DNA of 45,610 nucleotides from Patescibacteria group bacterium (GTDB lineage Bacteria; Patescibacteriota; Microgenomatia; Levybacterales; UBA12049): NCBI GenBank assembly GCA_038063195.1, contig JBBTVO010000012.1, positions 1 to 45,610 of the forward strand, read 5' to 3'. Shown piece by piece: positions 30,041 to 37,775 of this stretch (position 1 is its first letter; each line of letters starts with the position of its first letter). The notes under the pieces were generated by a model. It saw only the letters and a program-made list of their open reading frames with translations, ran no database searches and was not told where the DNA came from. The position numbers and the translations under genes were made by a program.

Positions 30041-30496
30041 ATGTCAGAGGAAATAAAGGAAAAAATATCTTCAAAGAAAAATACTTACATATACACTATC
30101 GGCAGAAGAAAGCAGGCTTCGGCTCGAGTAAGGCTATATCAGGAAATAAAAAGTACTTACGATTTCAAAAAGGGAGATATTATTGTAAACAGTAAAAAGA
30201 TCGAGGAATATTTTCCGAGTGAACTTGAAAAACTTCATTATTTAGATCCGCTTAAAGTGCTTGGATTATCTGATAAACTTGCTTTTACTATCAGAGTCTC
30301 GGGCGGAGGAATGAATTCACAGCTTGATGCGGTAATTTTGGGAATGTCGCGTGCGCTCGCAAAGATTGACTCTGAAAAACACAAGGGTCTTTTACGAAAA
30401 AAAGGATTTCTTACCACTGATGCTCGAGTAAGAGAAAGACGAAAAGTGGGAACCGGCGGAAAAGCGAGACGCAAGAAGCAATCACCTAAACGATAA
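30041..30496 (+). CDS. rpsI: 30S ribosomal protein S9
   Basis: GRRK.A.ARV, V.GGG..SQ, RAL, D.RVRERRK, Q.PKR. Confidence 0.98.
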   Translation: MSEEIKEKISSKKNTYIYTIGRRKQASARVRLYQEIKSTYDFKKGDIIVNSKKIEEYFPSELEKLHYLDPLKVLGLSDKLAFTIRVSGGGMNSQLDAVILGMSRALAKIDSEKHKGLLRKKGFLTTDARVRERRKVGTGGKARRKKQSPKR

Positions 30497-30507
30497 AGCT
30501 CGCGTCG

Positions 30508-30578
30508 AAGTCCCTCTGAATCGCTCCATGAGTCGTATTCGAATAGAATTGAAAAGACGAATGGTAAGATTTGTGGGA
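30508..30578 (+). repeat. ~71-bp dispersed repeat, copy 2 (after rpsI stop)
   Basis: Matches 9919-9990, with a 23-bp identical core CGTATTCGAATAGAATTGAAAAG. Confidence 0.85.
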
Positions 30579-30613
30579 CGAGAAGAAAAAAACAATCTCC
30601 AAAGCGATAACGG

Positions 30614-31156
30614 TTAAAGCAACTTATTCGCAATTGCCTTTTTCACCCAAGGCGCAAGAGCTTGATAAATTCTCCCCTTTTTATTTATCACTTCCTCTTT
30701 TTTTACCAAAGAAAATCCATAAGCGAAATCAAAATTTGGCGTTGGTAAAACTTTTACTTCCGTAGCTAAAATATCGCACAATTCGTGTTCGGTAAATTCG
30801 CTTTTCGGGTCTTTTGTCTTGTAATAGATAGCTCCTTTTAATTTAGGTTCATACGAAAGATCGTTCTTTTCCAAGCTCCATTCCCTCTGGAGAGTTTCAT
30901 AAGTTGCTTCAAGCGTAGATTGCAGTTTACCATTTTTAAATAGCTGGTGAGATGAAGAGGTAATATCAAATACTCCGTCAAATGCGAGATGTTTTCTGTG
31001 CTGAATAAGAAAGTTATCTTTATAAAGAAGAGCTACAGTTAGGGCTTTATGTAAAATTCCTTTTCGGTGCGCTTCCCATTTGTCAATTTTTCCTATCACT
31101 TTCCCGTCACGGTTTACTTTTGCAATTATTTGTTTTTGCTTGTAATAGCTATTCAT
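30614..31156 (-). CDS. idi: Isopentenyl-diphosphate delta-isomerase type 1-like (NUDIX fold)
   Basis: K.EAH..G.LH.A, LIQ.R, SSH, EHE.C motifs; next to uppS. Confidence 0.8.
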   Translation of the reverse strand: MNSYYKQKQIIAKVNRDGKVIGKIDKWEAHRKGILHKALTVALLYKDNFLIQHRKHLAFDGVFDITSSSHQLFKNGKLQSTLEATYETLQREWSLEKNDLSYEPKLKGAIYYKTKDPKSEFTEHELCDILATEVKVLPTPNFDFAYGFSLVKKEEVINKKGRIYQALAPWVKKAIANKLL

Positions 31157-31159
31157 TAA

Positions 31160-31843
31160 TTATTTCCCAAACCTTCTCTCCCTTTTTAAGAAGTCGTTTA
31201 TTATATTGTCTAAATCTTCCACAGTCATGTCAGGAAGATATTTATCTAAGAAAAAATATTCGGAGTATGCGGACTGCCATATCATAAATCCTGACGTCCT
31301 CCTGTCGCCTCCGGTTCTTATTATTAGGTCGGGATATGGATAAGGCTGACCCTTTGTGTCTAAAACATCATTAAAATTAACTTCATCGACTTCGCTTTGC
31401 TCTTTAATTTTTTTAATTGCTCTTATTGTCTCATCTCTCCCTCCATAATCAAGCGCAATATTCAAATGTTTGGTTTTATAATCTTTTGTTTTCTCTTCGC
31501 ATTCTATTATTTTTGCCAAAAGGCTTTTTGGAATTCTGTCTTTCCGTCCGAGATGAGTGATTTTAATTTCTTTTTTGATGGCGTCTTTTAGATAGTCGAT
31601 AATAATCTTTTCAAATAACTTCATGAGATATTTGAGTTCTTCCTCAGATCTTCCTAAGTTTTCGGTGGATAATGCCCAAAAAGTTACTGTGTTTATGTCT
31701 GTTTCCCAAATTCTGTTTAATACTTTCCTTACCACTTCAAAACCGCGCCTATGGCCCTCAAAAGTCGGAAGACCTCTTTGTTTTGCCCAGCGTCTATTGC
31801 CGTCAGGAATTATTGCTATATGGTTTAGAGATTTTTGTTTCAT
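31160..31843 (-). CDS. uppS: Undecaprenyl/polyprenyl diphosphate synthase
   Basis: HIAII.DGNRRWA, GH..G, STEN, YGGRDE, PDLIIRT.G..R.SGF..WQ.AYSE. Confidence 0.97.
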   Translation of the reverse strand: MKQKSLNHIAIIPDGNRRWAKQRGLPTFEGHRRGFEVVRKVLNRIWETDINTVTFWALSTENLGRSEEELKYLMKLFEKIIIDYLKDAIKKEIKITHLGRKDRIPKSLLAKIIECEEKTKDYKTKHLNIALDYGGRDETIRAIKKIKEQSEVDEVNFNDVLDTKGQPYPYPDLIIRTGGDRRTSGFMIWQSAYSEYFFLDKYLPDMTVEDLDNIINDFLKRERRFGK

Positions 31844-31858
31844 ATAAATAGGGAATCA

Positions 31859-31960
31859 GTCGTGTTATATAAAAAAATTCGAACCTCTTTCTTGTTAACA
31901 TTGTAGTCGTCGCTTTCGCTCCTCCTACTATTTTATTTGCTCGGCCTTCGGCCTCGCTCT
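31859..31960 (+). repeat. 102-bp perfect inverted repeat, left copy (att arm)
   Basis: Exact reverse complement of 36024-36125. Confidence 0.97.
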
Positions 31961-32037
31961 TTTGTCTTTTTTGCGCGCGCGTTGTCCCGCTTCGGCGGGA
32001 CAGGAACGACGAGTAAGAACGAAACCGTAAGGATTTG

Positions 32038-32046
32038 ATTATACCA
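32038..32046 (-). promoter_or_regulatory. Outward-facing extended -10 promoter toward uppS-idi
   Basis: Minus strand TGgTATAAT; no consensus -35. Confidence 0.55.
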
Positions 32047-32077
32047 AATTCCGCATCAACCCACCCACCCGTTTAAT

Positions 32078-32482
32078 GTGGCGGCACCCCCGCTTTTGGG
32101 CGCTAGGGCTTCCTAGGGGAAGCCTCGCCAATATATTTCATTTTCTAGAAACGCTTTACAGTCTCTTCCTAGTCCCGATTGCGATCGGGACTTATCTTCT
32201 AAACAGATTTCGTATCGTTGCGCCGTTGCGGGGGTACTCCGCTTTTCGCCCCCGCCTTCTTTATTTTACCCCTTCCTGTTCATGCAGCTTTCGGTCGCTT
32301 CGGCGACCTTGTGGTAGCTCGGTTGGCTCACCCGCCAGTTTCTTAAGACGAAAGTTTTTTCGGCGGGTTCGCGTTGGTCGGGCACGCTCTTCGGTTGACA
32401 GAGAAATCGTGTAGACTATTTGTCGCGTGCCCTCCTTTTAGCAAAGACTCCATGATGGGGGCGGGGTCGGCGGAGCCGCCAC
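32078..32482 (+). ncRNA. Candidate ~405-nt multi-domain structured RNA (or ssDNA origin)
   Basis: GC-rich gap with terminal pairing GTGGCGGC/GCCGCCAC, many nested helices, cUUCGg and GAAA loops, G-U pairs favouring the plus strand. Confidence 0.55.
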
Positions 32483-32546
32483 CAAAACCAATCGGCCATT
32501 TTACACCATTTTGGCCGATTTTGTGCTATATTAAATTCACAGTAGT

Positions 32547-33383
32547 ATGACCGATACCAAAATTGCCATATTCAAGGGTAAAGAAATTAGAAAAACTATC
32601 CATCAAAATGAGTGGTGGTTTTCGATTGTGGATATTGTCGAGATTCTTACAGACACAGATAGGCCAAGAAAGTATTGGAATGACTTAAAAACAAAACTTA
32701 TCAAAGAGGGCTATGCTGAAGTGTCCGAAAAAATCGGACAGTTGAAGCTACCTGCTCCTGATGGAAAATTACGGGAAACAGATTGTACTAATACCGAGAC
32801 TGTGTTTAGGATTATCCAAACGATTCCATCTCCTAAAGCTGAACCATTTAAACGATGGTTAGCCAAAGTTGGCTATGAAAGAATACAAGAGATAGAAGAT
32901 CCTGAACTGGCAACCAAAAGAACACGGGCTTTATATAAAGCAAAAGGATATTCTGATGACTGGATTGAAAAACGGATGAGAGGGATTGCTATCCGTGAAG
33001 AATTAACTGATGAATGGCAAAAGAGAGGAGCAAAACTGCAGAAAGATTATGAAATTCTCACAGCCGAGATTTCCAAAGCAACTTTTGGTGTAACACCAAG
33101 CCAGTACAAAAAGTTAAAAGGGTTAAAACGGCAAAACCTCCGTGACCACATGGACGATTTTGAACTTATTTTTACTATGCTGGGAGAAAGGTCTACTACT
33201 GAAATTCACCGAAATGAAAACTCAAAAGGCATACTTAAATTAAAAAGCGATGCAAAAGCCGGAGGTGATATTGCCGGAGGAGCAAGAAAAAAACTTGAGA
33301 AACGTCTTGGTCGCTCAATTGTTTCTAAAGGAAATTACCTGTCTAAAAAGCGAAATACCAGACAAATTGCAACTATTAAATAG
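32547..33383 (+). CDS. Bro-N domain DNA-binding protein (phage antirepressor-like)
   Basis: EIR....EWWFSIVD....LT, RKYW..LK, DGKLRETD, RIIQ.IPSPKAEPFK.WLA.VG.ER..E..DPE. Confidence 0.9.
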   Translation: MTDTKIAIFKGKEIRKTIHQNEWWFSIVDIVEILTDTDRPRKYWNDLKTKLIKEGYAEVSEKIGQLKLPAPDGKLRETDCTNTETVFRIIQTIPSPKAEPFKRWLAKVGYERIQEIEDPELATKRTRALYKAKGYSDDWIEKRMRGIAIREELTDEWQKRGAKLQKDYEILTAEISKATFGVTPSQYKKLKGLKRQNLRDHMDDFELIFTMLGERSTTEIHRNENSKGILKLKSDAKAGGDIAGGARKKLEKRLGRSIVSKGNYLSKKRNTRQIATIK

Positions 33384-33439
33384 TATTACTAATTTAGATT
33401 ATTGAACACTTTGAGTAATAGTAGGTAATGTAGTTTTTA

Positions 33440-35401
33440 TCAAAACAAAGTCTCCGGTAGAACTCTTAGTATTTTAACCTTTTTGTTCTGAAAGACATTT
33501 TTTAAACAGGATGCCGATTTTTCAATTGGGAGATTATCATGAGTCGACAAATATATATAGCTGATCCTATTCTTAAACAAAATTGTACAGACTTCTGTAA
33601 CATTGCTACTCATAAATATAGTGTTTGCTAATAGTAATTTTTCGGAGGTATCAATTCCGTGACTTTCAAGTATTCCTTTGCCTGATAAAAACATTGGACG
33701 GTCTGCCATGAAGCTTATATAAGGAGAATCTTTATCCATTTCAAATCCTCTGTTATCAACTAATACTAAAGATGATTTTGCTGTCTTTTCTTTTATATAA
33801 TTTAAACCTTGTAACTCACTGTTTTCTATTAAAAACCCTTCTTTTTTTACCAGATACATTATATTATTACTAACCTCATGTGCTACGCGAGGAAGAGTCA
33901 GTAACAACACTAATATGACAATAACAATCTTGAATTTACTGCTAACTTTACCTATCCAGTAAAAACAAGCAAGAGAAGTGTAGATAGAACCAATAATAAA
34001 AATTGAAACTAAAAAATTAAATGTATTCGCTCCGCCTGAACTTTGTTGAAAGAAAAATCCCGCAATTGCACTTACTATAAAGCCTCCTGCCATAAAGATA
34101 TTTAACCCACTTGGTAGAAGAGATAATGACTTTTTAGTTTGGAATATACCTATTAGTTTTGACCCGAATATGGAGACTACAAACAGAGAGAAAAAGATTA
34201 ATTCGTACTGTAAGACCCTTAACCAACTGTGATGCTGTACGTATATAACTCTAGCAAGCTCAAGGCGTTCTAATCCTAAAACTGGCTGAACAATAAAATT
34301 TTCAAAGAGCCACAAGCCAGTAAAATATAGTCCTCCAGCATTGTTATTGACCGGCAAATAAATAACAAGACTTAGAATTAGAGTTATTATCAATGGCGGA
34401 ATCATGCGAAAATTCCTGCTAATTAAAAAATATCCACCTAATAACGCTAATCCGCTTAACGCAAATATACCAGTATATACTTTAAAACCAATTAAACTAC
34501 CAAGTACAAGAGCCATTAATAAACCAGTGTACCAATCTTTTTTTCTAAGCCATAAAATCAGTAAACTAATGCCGACAAAAAATACTATAATTGAAAAAGC
34601 ACGAGGGGGATTGACCAAAAATCTTGCTCCATCTTCTAAAGAACTCATATTGAAACTGAATCCTTTTCCAAGGGCGAAAAGTAAAAGAAAAATTAAATCT
34701 CCTCCAAAATATAAAAAGAACACGAGCCAAAGAATAAAATTCCTACCTAATTTAACAATTTGACCAAATGCTACGGCTGATAATCCTAAAAATAAAGAAA
34801 TTAGTAAAGTTGAATACTGATATTGAGTTTGAATCAATGGAAGTTTAAATACTCTAATCAGCTCTCCTATTACTAGGTTTCCCCAATAGTGATAATTTTG
34901 TACAAGAACCCCAAATATTCCTGGTTCATAAGGAGGAAAGTGTTTTATTAGTTGATTAGTTAAAGCTATATGGTAAAGACTATCGCTTGTATTACCACAG
35001 CAGAAATAAAGCCCATTAGAATAAAAAATGCCTGTAAACCAAATCGTTGAAAGCTGTGATAAGGTACCAATTGCAATGATAGAAATTAGCAATAAACTAC
35101 CCTTACTAAACCTTACTTTAGATAAATTGAAAAAATTGCTCCCCAAATGAAATTTTATCCATAAGATAAAAACTATTAGAAGATATAAATAAGATAACCA
35201 TCTAATTCCAAGATAGCCAAATATGAAACCTTGCCACCCCCATAAAATCATGCCTATAACTGTTCCTAAAACTAATCTTTGAAAAATAGAAAGATTTATT
35301 TTCCGTAACGTAAGATCTCCTGGAATAAAAAAGGCAAGAAAAATAGCAATAAAGAAAAGGAGAAAAAATAACCAAAATAATATATTTAAAAGCGATATCA
35401 T
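33440..35401 (-). CDS. Polytopic membrane protein, probable GT-C-type glycosyltransferase
   Basis: Many hydrophobic helices; loop motif D..YH.A....PP..P..G...YHY; soluble C-terminal domain; visibly AT-rich. Confidence 0.7.
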   Translation of the reverse strand: MISLLNILFWLFFLLFFIAIFLAFFIPGDLTLRKINLSIFQRLVLGTVIGMILWGWQGFIFGYLGIRWLSYLYLLIVFILWIKFHLGSNFFNLSKVRFSKGSLLLISIIAIGTLSQLSTIWFTGIFYSNGLYFCCGNTSDSLYHIALTNQLIKHFPPYEPGIFGVLVQNYHYWGNLVIGELIRVFKLPLIQTQYQYSTLLISLFLGLSAVAFGQIVKLGRNFILWLVFFLYFGGDLIFLLLFALGKGFSFNMSSLEDGARFLVNPPRAFSIIVFFVGISLLILWLRKKDWYTGLLMALVLGSLIGFKVYTGIFALSGLALLGGYFLISRNFRMIPPLIITLILSLVIYLPVNNNAGGLYFTGLWLFENFIVQPVLGLERLELARVIYVQHHSWLRVLQYELIFFSLFVVSIFGSKLIGIFQTKKSLSLLPSGLNIFMAGGFIVSAIAGFFFQQSSGGANTFNFLVSIFIIGSIYTSLACFYWIGKVSSKFKIVIVILVLLLTLPRVAHEVSNNIMYLVKKEGFLIENSELQGLNYIKEKTAKSSLVLVDNRGFEMDKDSPYISFMADRPMFLSGKGILESHGIDTSEKLLLANTIFMSSNVTEVCTILFKNRISYIYLSTHDNLPIEKSASCLKNVFQNKKVKILRVLPETLF

Positions 35402-35510
35402 AGATGCTCTTTTACGCTACCTATAGTCCCAATATAGCACAATAAATGTTGTAAAAGCTACAAGGAGAAGCTGGTCTGATAGTCCCTTTTGGCTTACTCT
35501 TGGGTAGCAT

Positions 35511-35732
35511 ATGGAGTCTTTATCAGCTACTCACAAAAGGTTCGGGCAAAGAATTAAGGAATTACGAAAGGATAGAGAAATGACACAAGAAGATTTGGCT
35601 TTTAAGGTTGAAGTAGACAGGAGTTATATGGGATTTGTGGAACGAGGAGAGAAAAATCCTACTCTGGCGAAACTTATAAAAATAGCTCGATCTTTGAACG
35701 TATCTCTTTCTGAACTTTTCCGTTCCATATAA
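35511..35732 (+). CDS. XRE-family HTH regulator, controller (C) protein-like
   Basis: FG.RIKELR....MTQEDLA.....DRSY...VERG..NPTL. Confidence 0.92.
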   Translation: MESLSATHKRFGQRIKELRKDREMTQEDLAFKVEVDRSYMGFVERGEKNPTLAKLIKIARSLNVSLSELFRSI

Positions 35733-35848
35733 ATGAACTCACTAAGATATACGCAGTTACTTCAAGTTTATTCCTCTATATTATTGCCATTCGTATTTAC
35801 TACATTAACTATTTGATAACTGTCATATTTTGATATAAAAAATTCCAG

Positions 35849-35877
35849 TTGAAATTTACCACCTTACCTTGTATATT
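35849..35877 (+). promoter_or_regulatory. Promoter for pseudoknot leader and recombinase
   Basis: TTGAAA-17bp-TATATT; predicted start coincides with the 5' end of the stem at ~35882. Confidence 0.6.
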
Positions 35878-35881
35878 TTCA

Positions 35882-35968
35882 GTGGACTCAGTTTTACCAC
35901 AATCGCTTTTTTAATGGGCTATTCGGACAGTGCAAGCGATTGTTACTGAGTCCACCGGATAGCCCATT
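35882..35968 (+). ncRNA. Candidate pseudoknotted or switchable leader RNA
   Basis: Three long complementary pairs: 35882-92/35945-55, 35899-908/35934-43, 35913-26/35955-68. Confidence 0.65.
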
Positions 35969-36023
35969 TGAATTTTTGAAAGTTCTTTAAAATTTTTGCG
36001 TTTTTTCACGCCGACAGTTTTTT

Positions 36024-36125
36024 AGAGCGAGGCCGAAGGCCGAGCAAATAAAATAGTAGGAGGAGCGAAAGCGACGACTACAATGTTAACAAGAAAGAGG
36101 TTCGAATTTTTTTATATAACACGAC
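36024..36125 (-). repeat. 102-bp perfect inverted repeat, right copy
   Basis: Exact reverse complement of 31859-31960. Confidence 0.97.
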
Positions 36126-36224
36126 ACTTAGGGAGTCTCTGCAAAACTCCAAGGGCTGGGCTTGGGCTTGTCTCTCGGAAAAGACCGTTGCAAAGCCATT
36201 TTTGAAAGAAACGGAAAGCCGCCG
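36078..36224 (-). pseudogene. Inverted fragment of a homologous recombinase C-terminus spanning an intact attP-like junction
   Basis: Minus strand reads RRLSVSFKNGFATVFSERQAQAQPLEFCRDSLSV-VLYKKIRTSFLLTL*, colinear with the recombinase's RRLAVSFKQGFDVVQTESQ...NSWSV. Confidence 0.8.
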
Positions 36225-36266
36225 GTAAAAAGAAGAAAAACGCAAAAATTAGGGGAATGAATAACT

Positions 36267-37775
36267 ATGAAATATATAGCATACTGTAGAAAATCCAGAG
36301 AAGAAAAAGACAAACAGATATTATCTATTTCCGCTCAAATAGCGGAACTGAAAGAATATGCTAAAAGAGAGCATTTGGAAATCTCTGAATTTGTTGAAGA
36401 AGAAAAAACAGCTAAGACTCCGGGTCGAGGAAAATTTGCAGAAGTTTTAAGAAAAATAGAAAACGGACAAGCAAGGGGGATTATTGCGTGGCACCCGGAT
36501 CGTCTGGCAAGAAATTCAATTGACGGAGGGAAAATAATTTACCTTTTAGACACAGGAAAATTACTTGATTTAAAATTTCCTACTTCTTGGTTTGAAAATA
36601 CACCGCAGGGAAAATTCATGTTGAATATTGCTTTTGGCCAGAGTAAATATTACGTTGATAATTTATCGGAGAATGTTAAAAGAGGATTGAGACAAAAAAT
36701 AAGAAATGGTGTCTGGCCATGTAAAGCTACTTATGGCTACATCAATAATTTTCAAACCAGAGGAGTTGATGTGGACGAGAAAAAAGCCAAAGCAATAATA
36801 AAAGCCTACGAAATGTTTTCAGACGGTAGCAAAACCTTTATTGATATTTCCAATTTTCTTTACAAATCTGATTTAAAAAGAAAAAACGGAAAACCTTTGG
36901 CAATAGGACAAATCAGAAAATTGTTATCCGATAAATTTTATGTCGGAATTATGAGTTATAACGGTGAATATCATGAAGGAAAACATAAAACTTTTATTTC
37001 AAAAGAATTGTTTCAAAAAGTTCAAACGGAAATGCAAAAAAGAGATAAACATTATAAGAAATCAAACGGTTTTCCGTTTTTGGGAATTTTTAAGTGCAAA
37101 GAATGCGGAGCTGCAATAACTGCGGAAAAACATGCTAAGTTTTTTAAGGGAACAAATAGAACTGCTACGTATTATTATTACCGCTGCACTAAAAAATTAG
37201 GTCCTTGCTCGCAAAAAGCGATTACGGCTTTTGAAATGGAAAATCAAATTAAGGAAATGCTTAAAAAAGTATCGCTTCCAAAACTTTGGGTTAAGAATTG
37301 GCTAAGCATGTTAGAAAGAGATGAGATTTTAGATCAGGAGTTACAAAATCAAACAACCGAAAAATTGGAAAAAGAGTTGGAAGCGATAAATAAAAAACAA
37401 AATTTTCTCTTGGACAGTTTCTTAGACCAAGTTATAGATAGCGATGGTTATAAGAAAAAGAAGAATGAACTTTTTGAAACAAAAATAAAATTAGAGGAGG
37501 ATTTGGGAAAAATAAAGGATAACGGTTTGAGTCGGCTCGAACCTTTCCGGGAATTCATAAACGTCGCATCGCAATGCGGAAAAATCGCGCGGGCAAAAAA
37601 TACAAACGAAGAATTAGCATTCTTCGTAAAAACTGTCGGCTCGAACTTCTATTTAGATAATCGGCGGCTGGCTGTTTCTTTCAAACAGGGCTTTGACGTA
37701 GTCCAAACGGAGAGCCAAAGGCTCGGCGGATTTTCGAACGTTAGCCCTAATTCTTGGTCAGTCGGGATGCCGTGA
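36267..37775 (+). CDS. Large serine recombinase (integrase)
   Basis: Y.RKS catalytic Ser, Q..SI..Q, DRLARN, LSENVKRG, recombinase domain, C..CG...YYRC...C zinc ribbon, coiled coil; stop codon lies inside tRNA-Pro. Confidence 0.96.
   Translation: MKYIAYCRKSREEKDKQILSISAQIAELKEYAKREHLEISEFVEEEKTAKTPGRGKFAEVLRKIENGQARGIIAWHPDRLARNSIDGGKIIYLLDTGKLLDLKFPTSWFENTPQGKFMLNIAFGQSKYYVDNLSENVKRGLRQKIRNGVWPCKATYGYINNFQTRGVDVDEKKAKAIIKAYEMFSDGSKTFIDISNFLYKSDLKRKNGKPLAIGQIRKLLSDKFYVGIMSYNGEYHEGKHKTFISKELFQKVQTEMQKRDKHYKKSNGFPFLGIFKCKECGAAITAEKHAKFFKGTNRTATYYYYRCTKKLGPCSQKAITAFEMENQIKEMLKKVSLPKLWVKNWLSMLERDEILDQELQNQTTEKLEKELEAINKKQNFLLDSFLDQVIDSDGYKKKKNELFETKIKLEEDLGKIKDNGLSRLEPFREFINVASQCGKIARAKNTNEELAFFVKTVGSNFYLDNRRLAVSFKQGFDVVQTESQRLGGFSNVSPNSWSVGMP

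Larger units (their letters stand above)
31856..37764. mobile_element. ~5.9 kb serine-recombinase island integrated at the 3' end of tRNA-Pro
   Basis: Direct repeat TCAGTCG at 31856-31862 and 37758-37764; recombinase runs into the tRNA; joining the two ends restores an in-frame recombinase C-terminus. Confidence 0.8.

Noticed and set aside
31870-31895. Possible second tRNA or tRNA fragment (GGTTCGAAT on minus strand)
   Set aside because: Only a T-arm-like hairpin; no acceptor, D or anticodon arm and no match to the tRNA-Pro sequence
32058-32072. G-quadruplex on minus strand (GGGTGGGTGGG)
   Set aside because: Only three G3 tracts
32076-32414. 112-aa ORF in the GC-rich island region
   Set aside because: Arg/Ser/Pro/Phe-rich composition is a by-product of GC-rich stems; the pairing pattern explains the region better
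36128-36313. 61-aa minus-strand ORF from the track
   Set aside because: Wrong frame; the meaningful homology to the recombinase is in a different minus frame (36224-36078)
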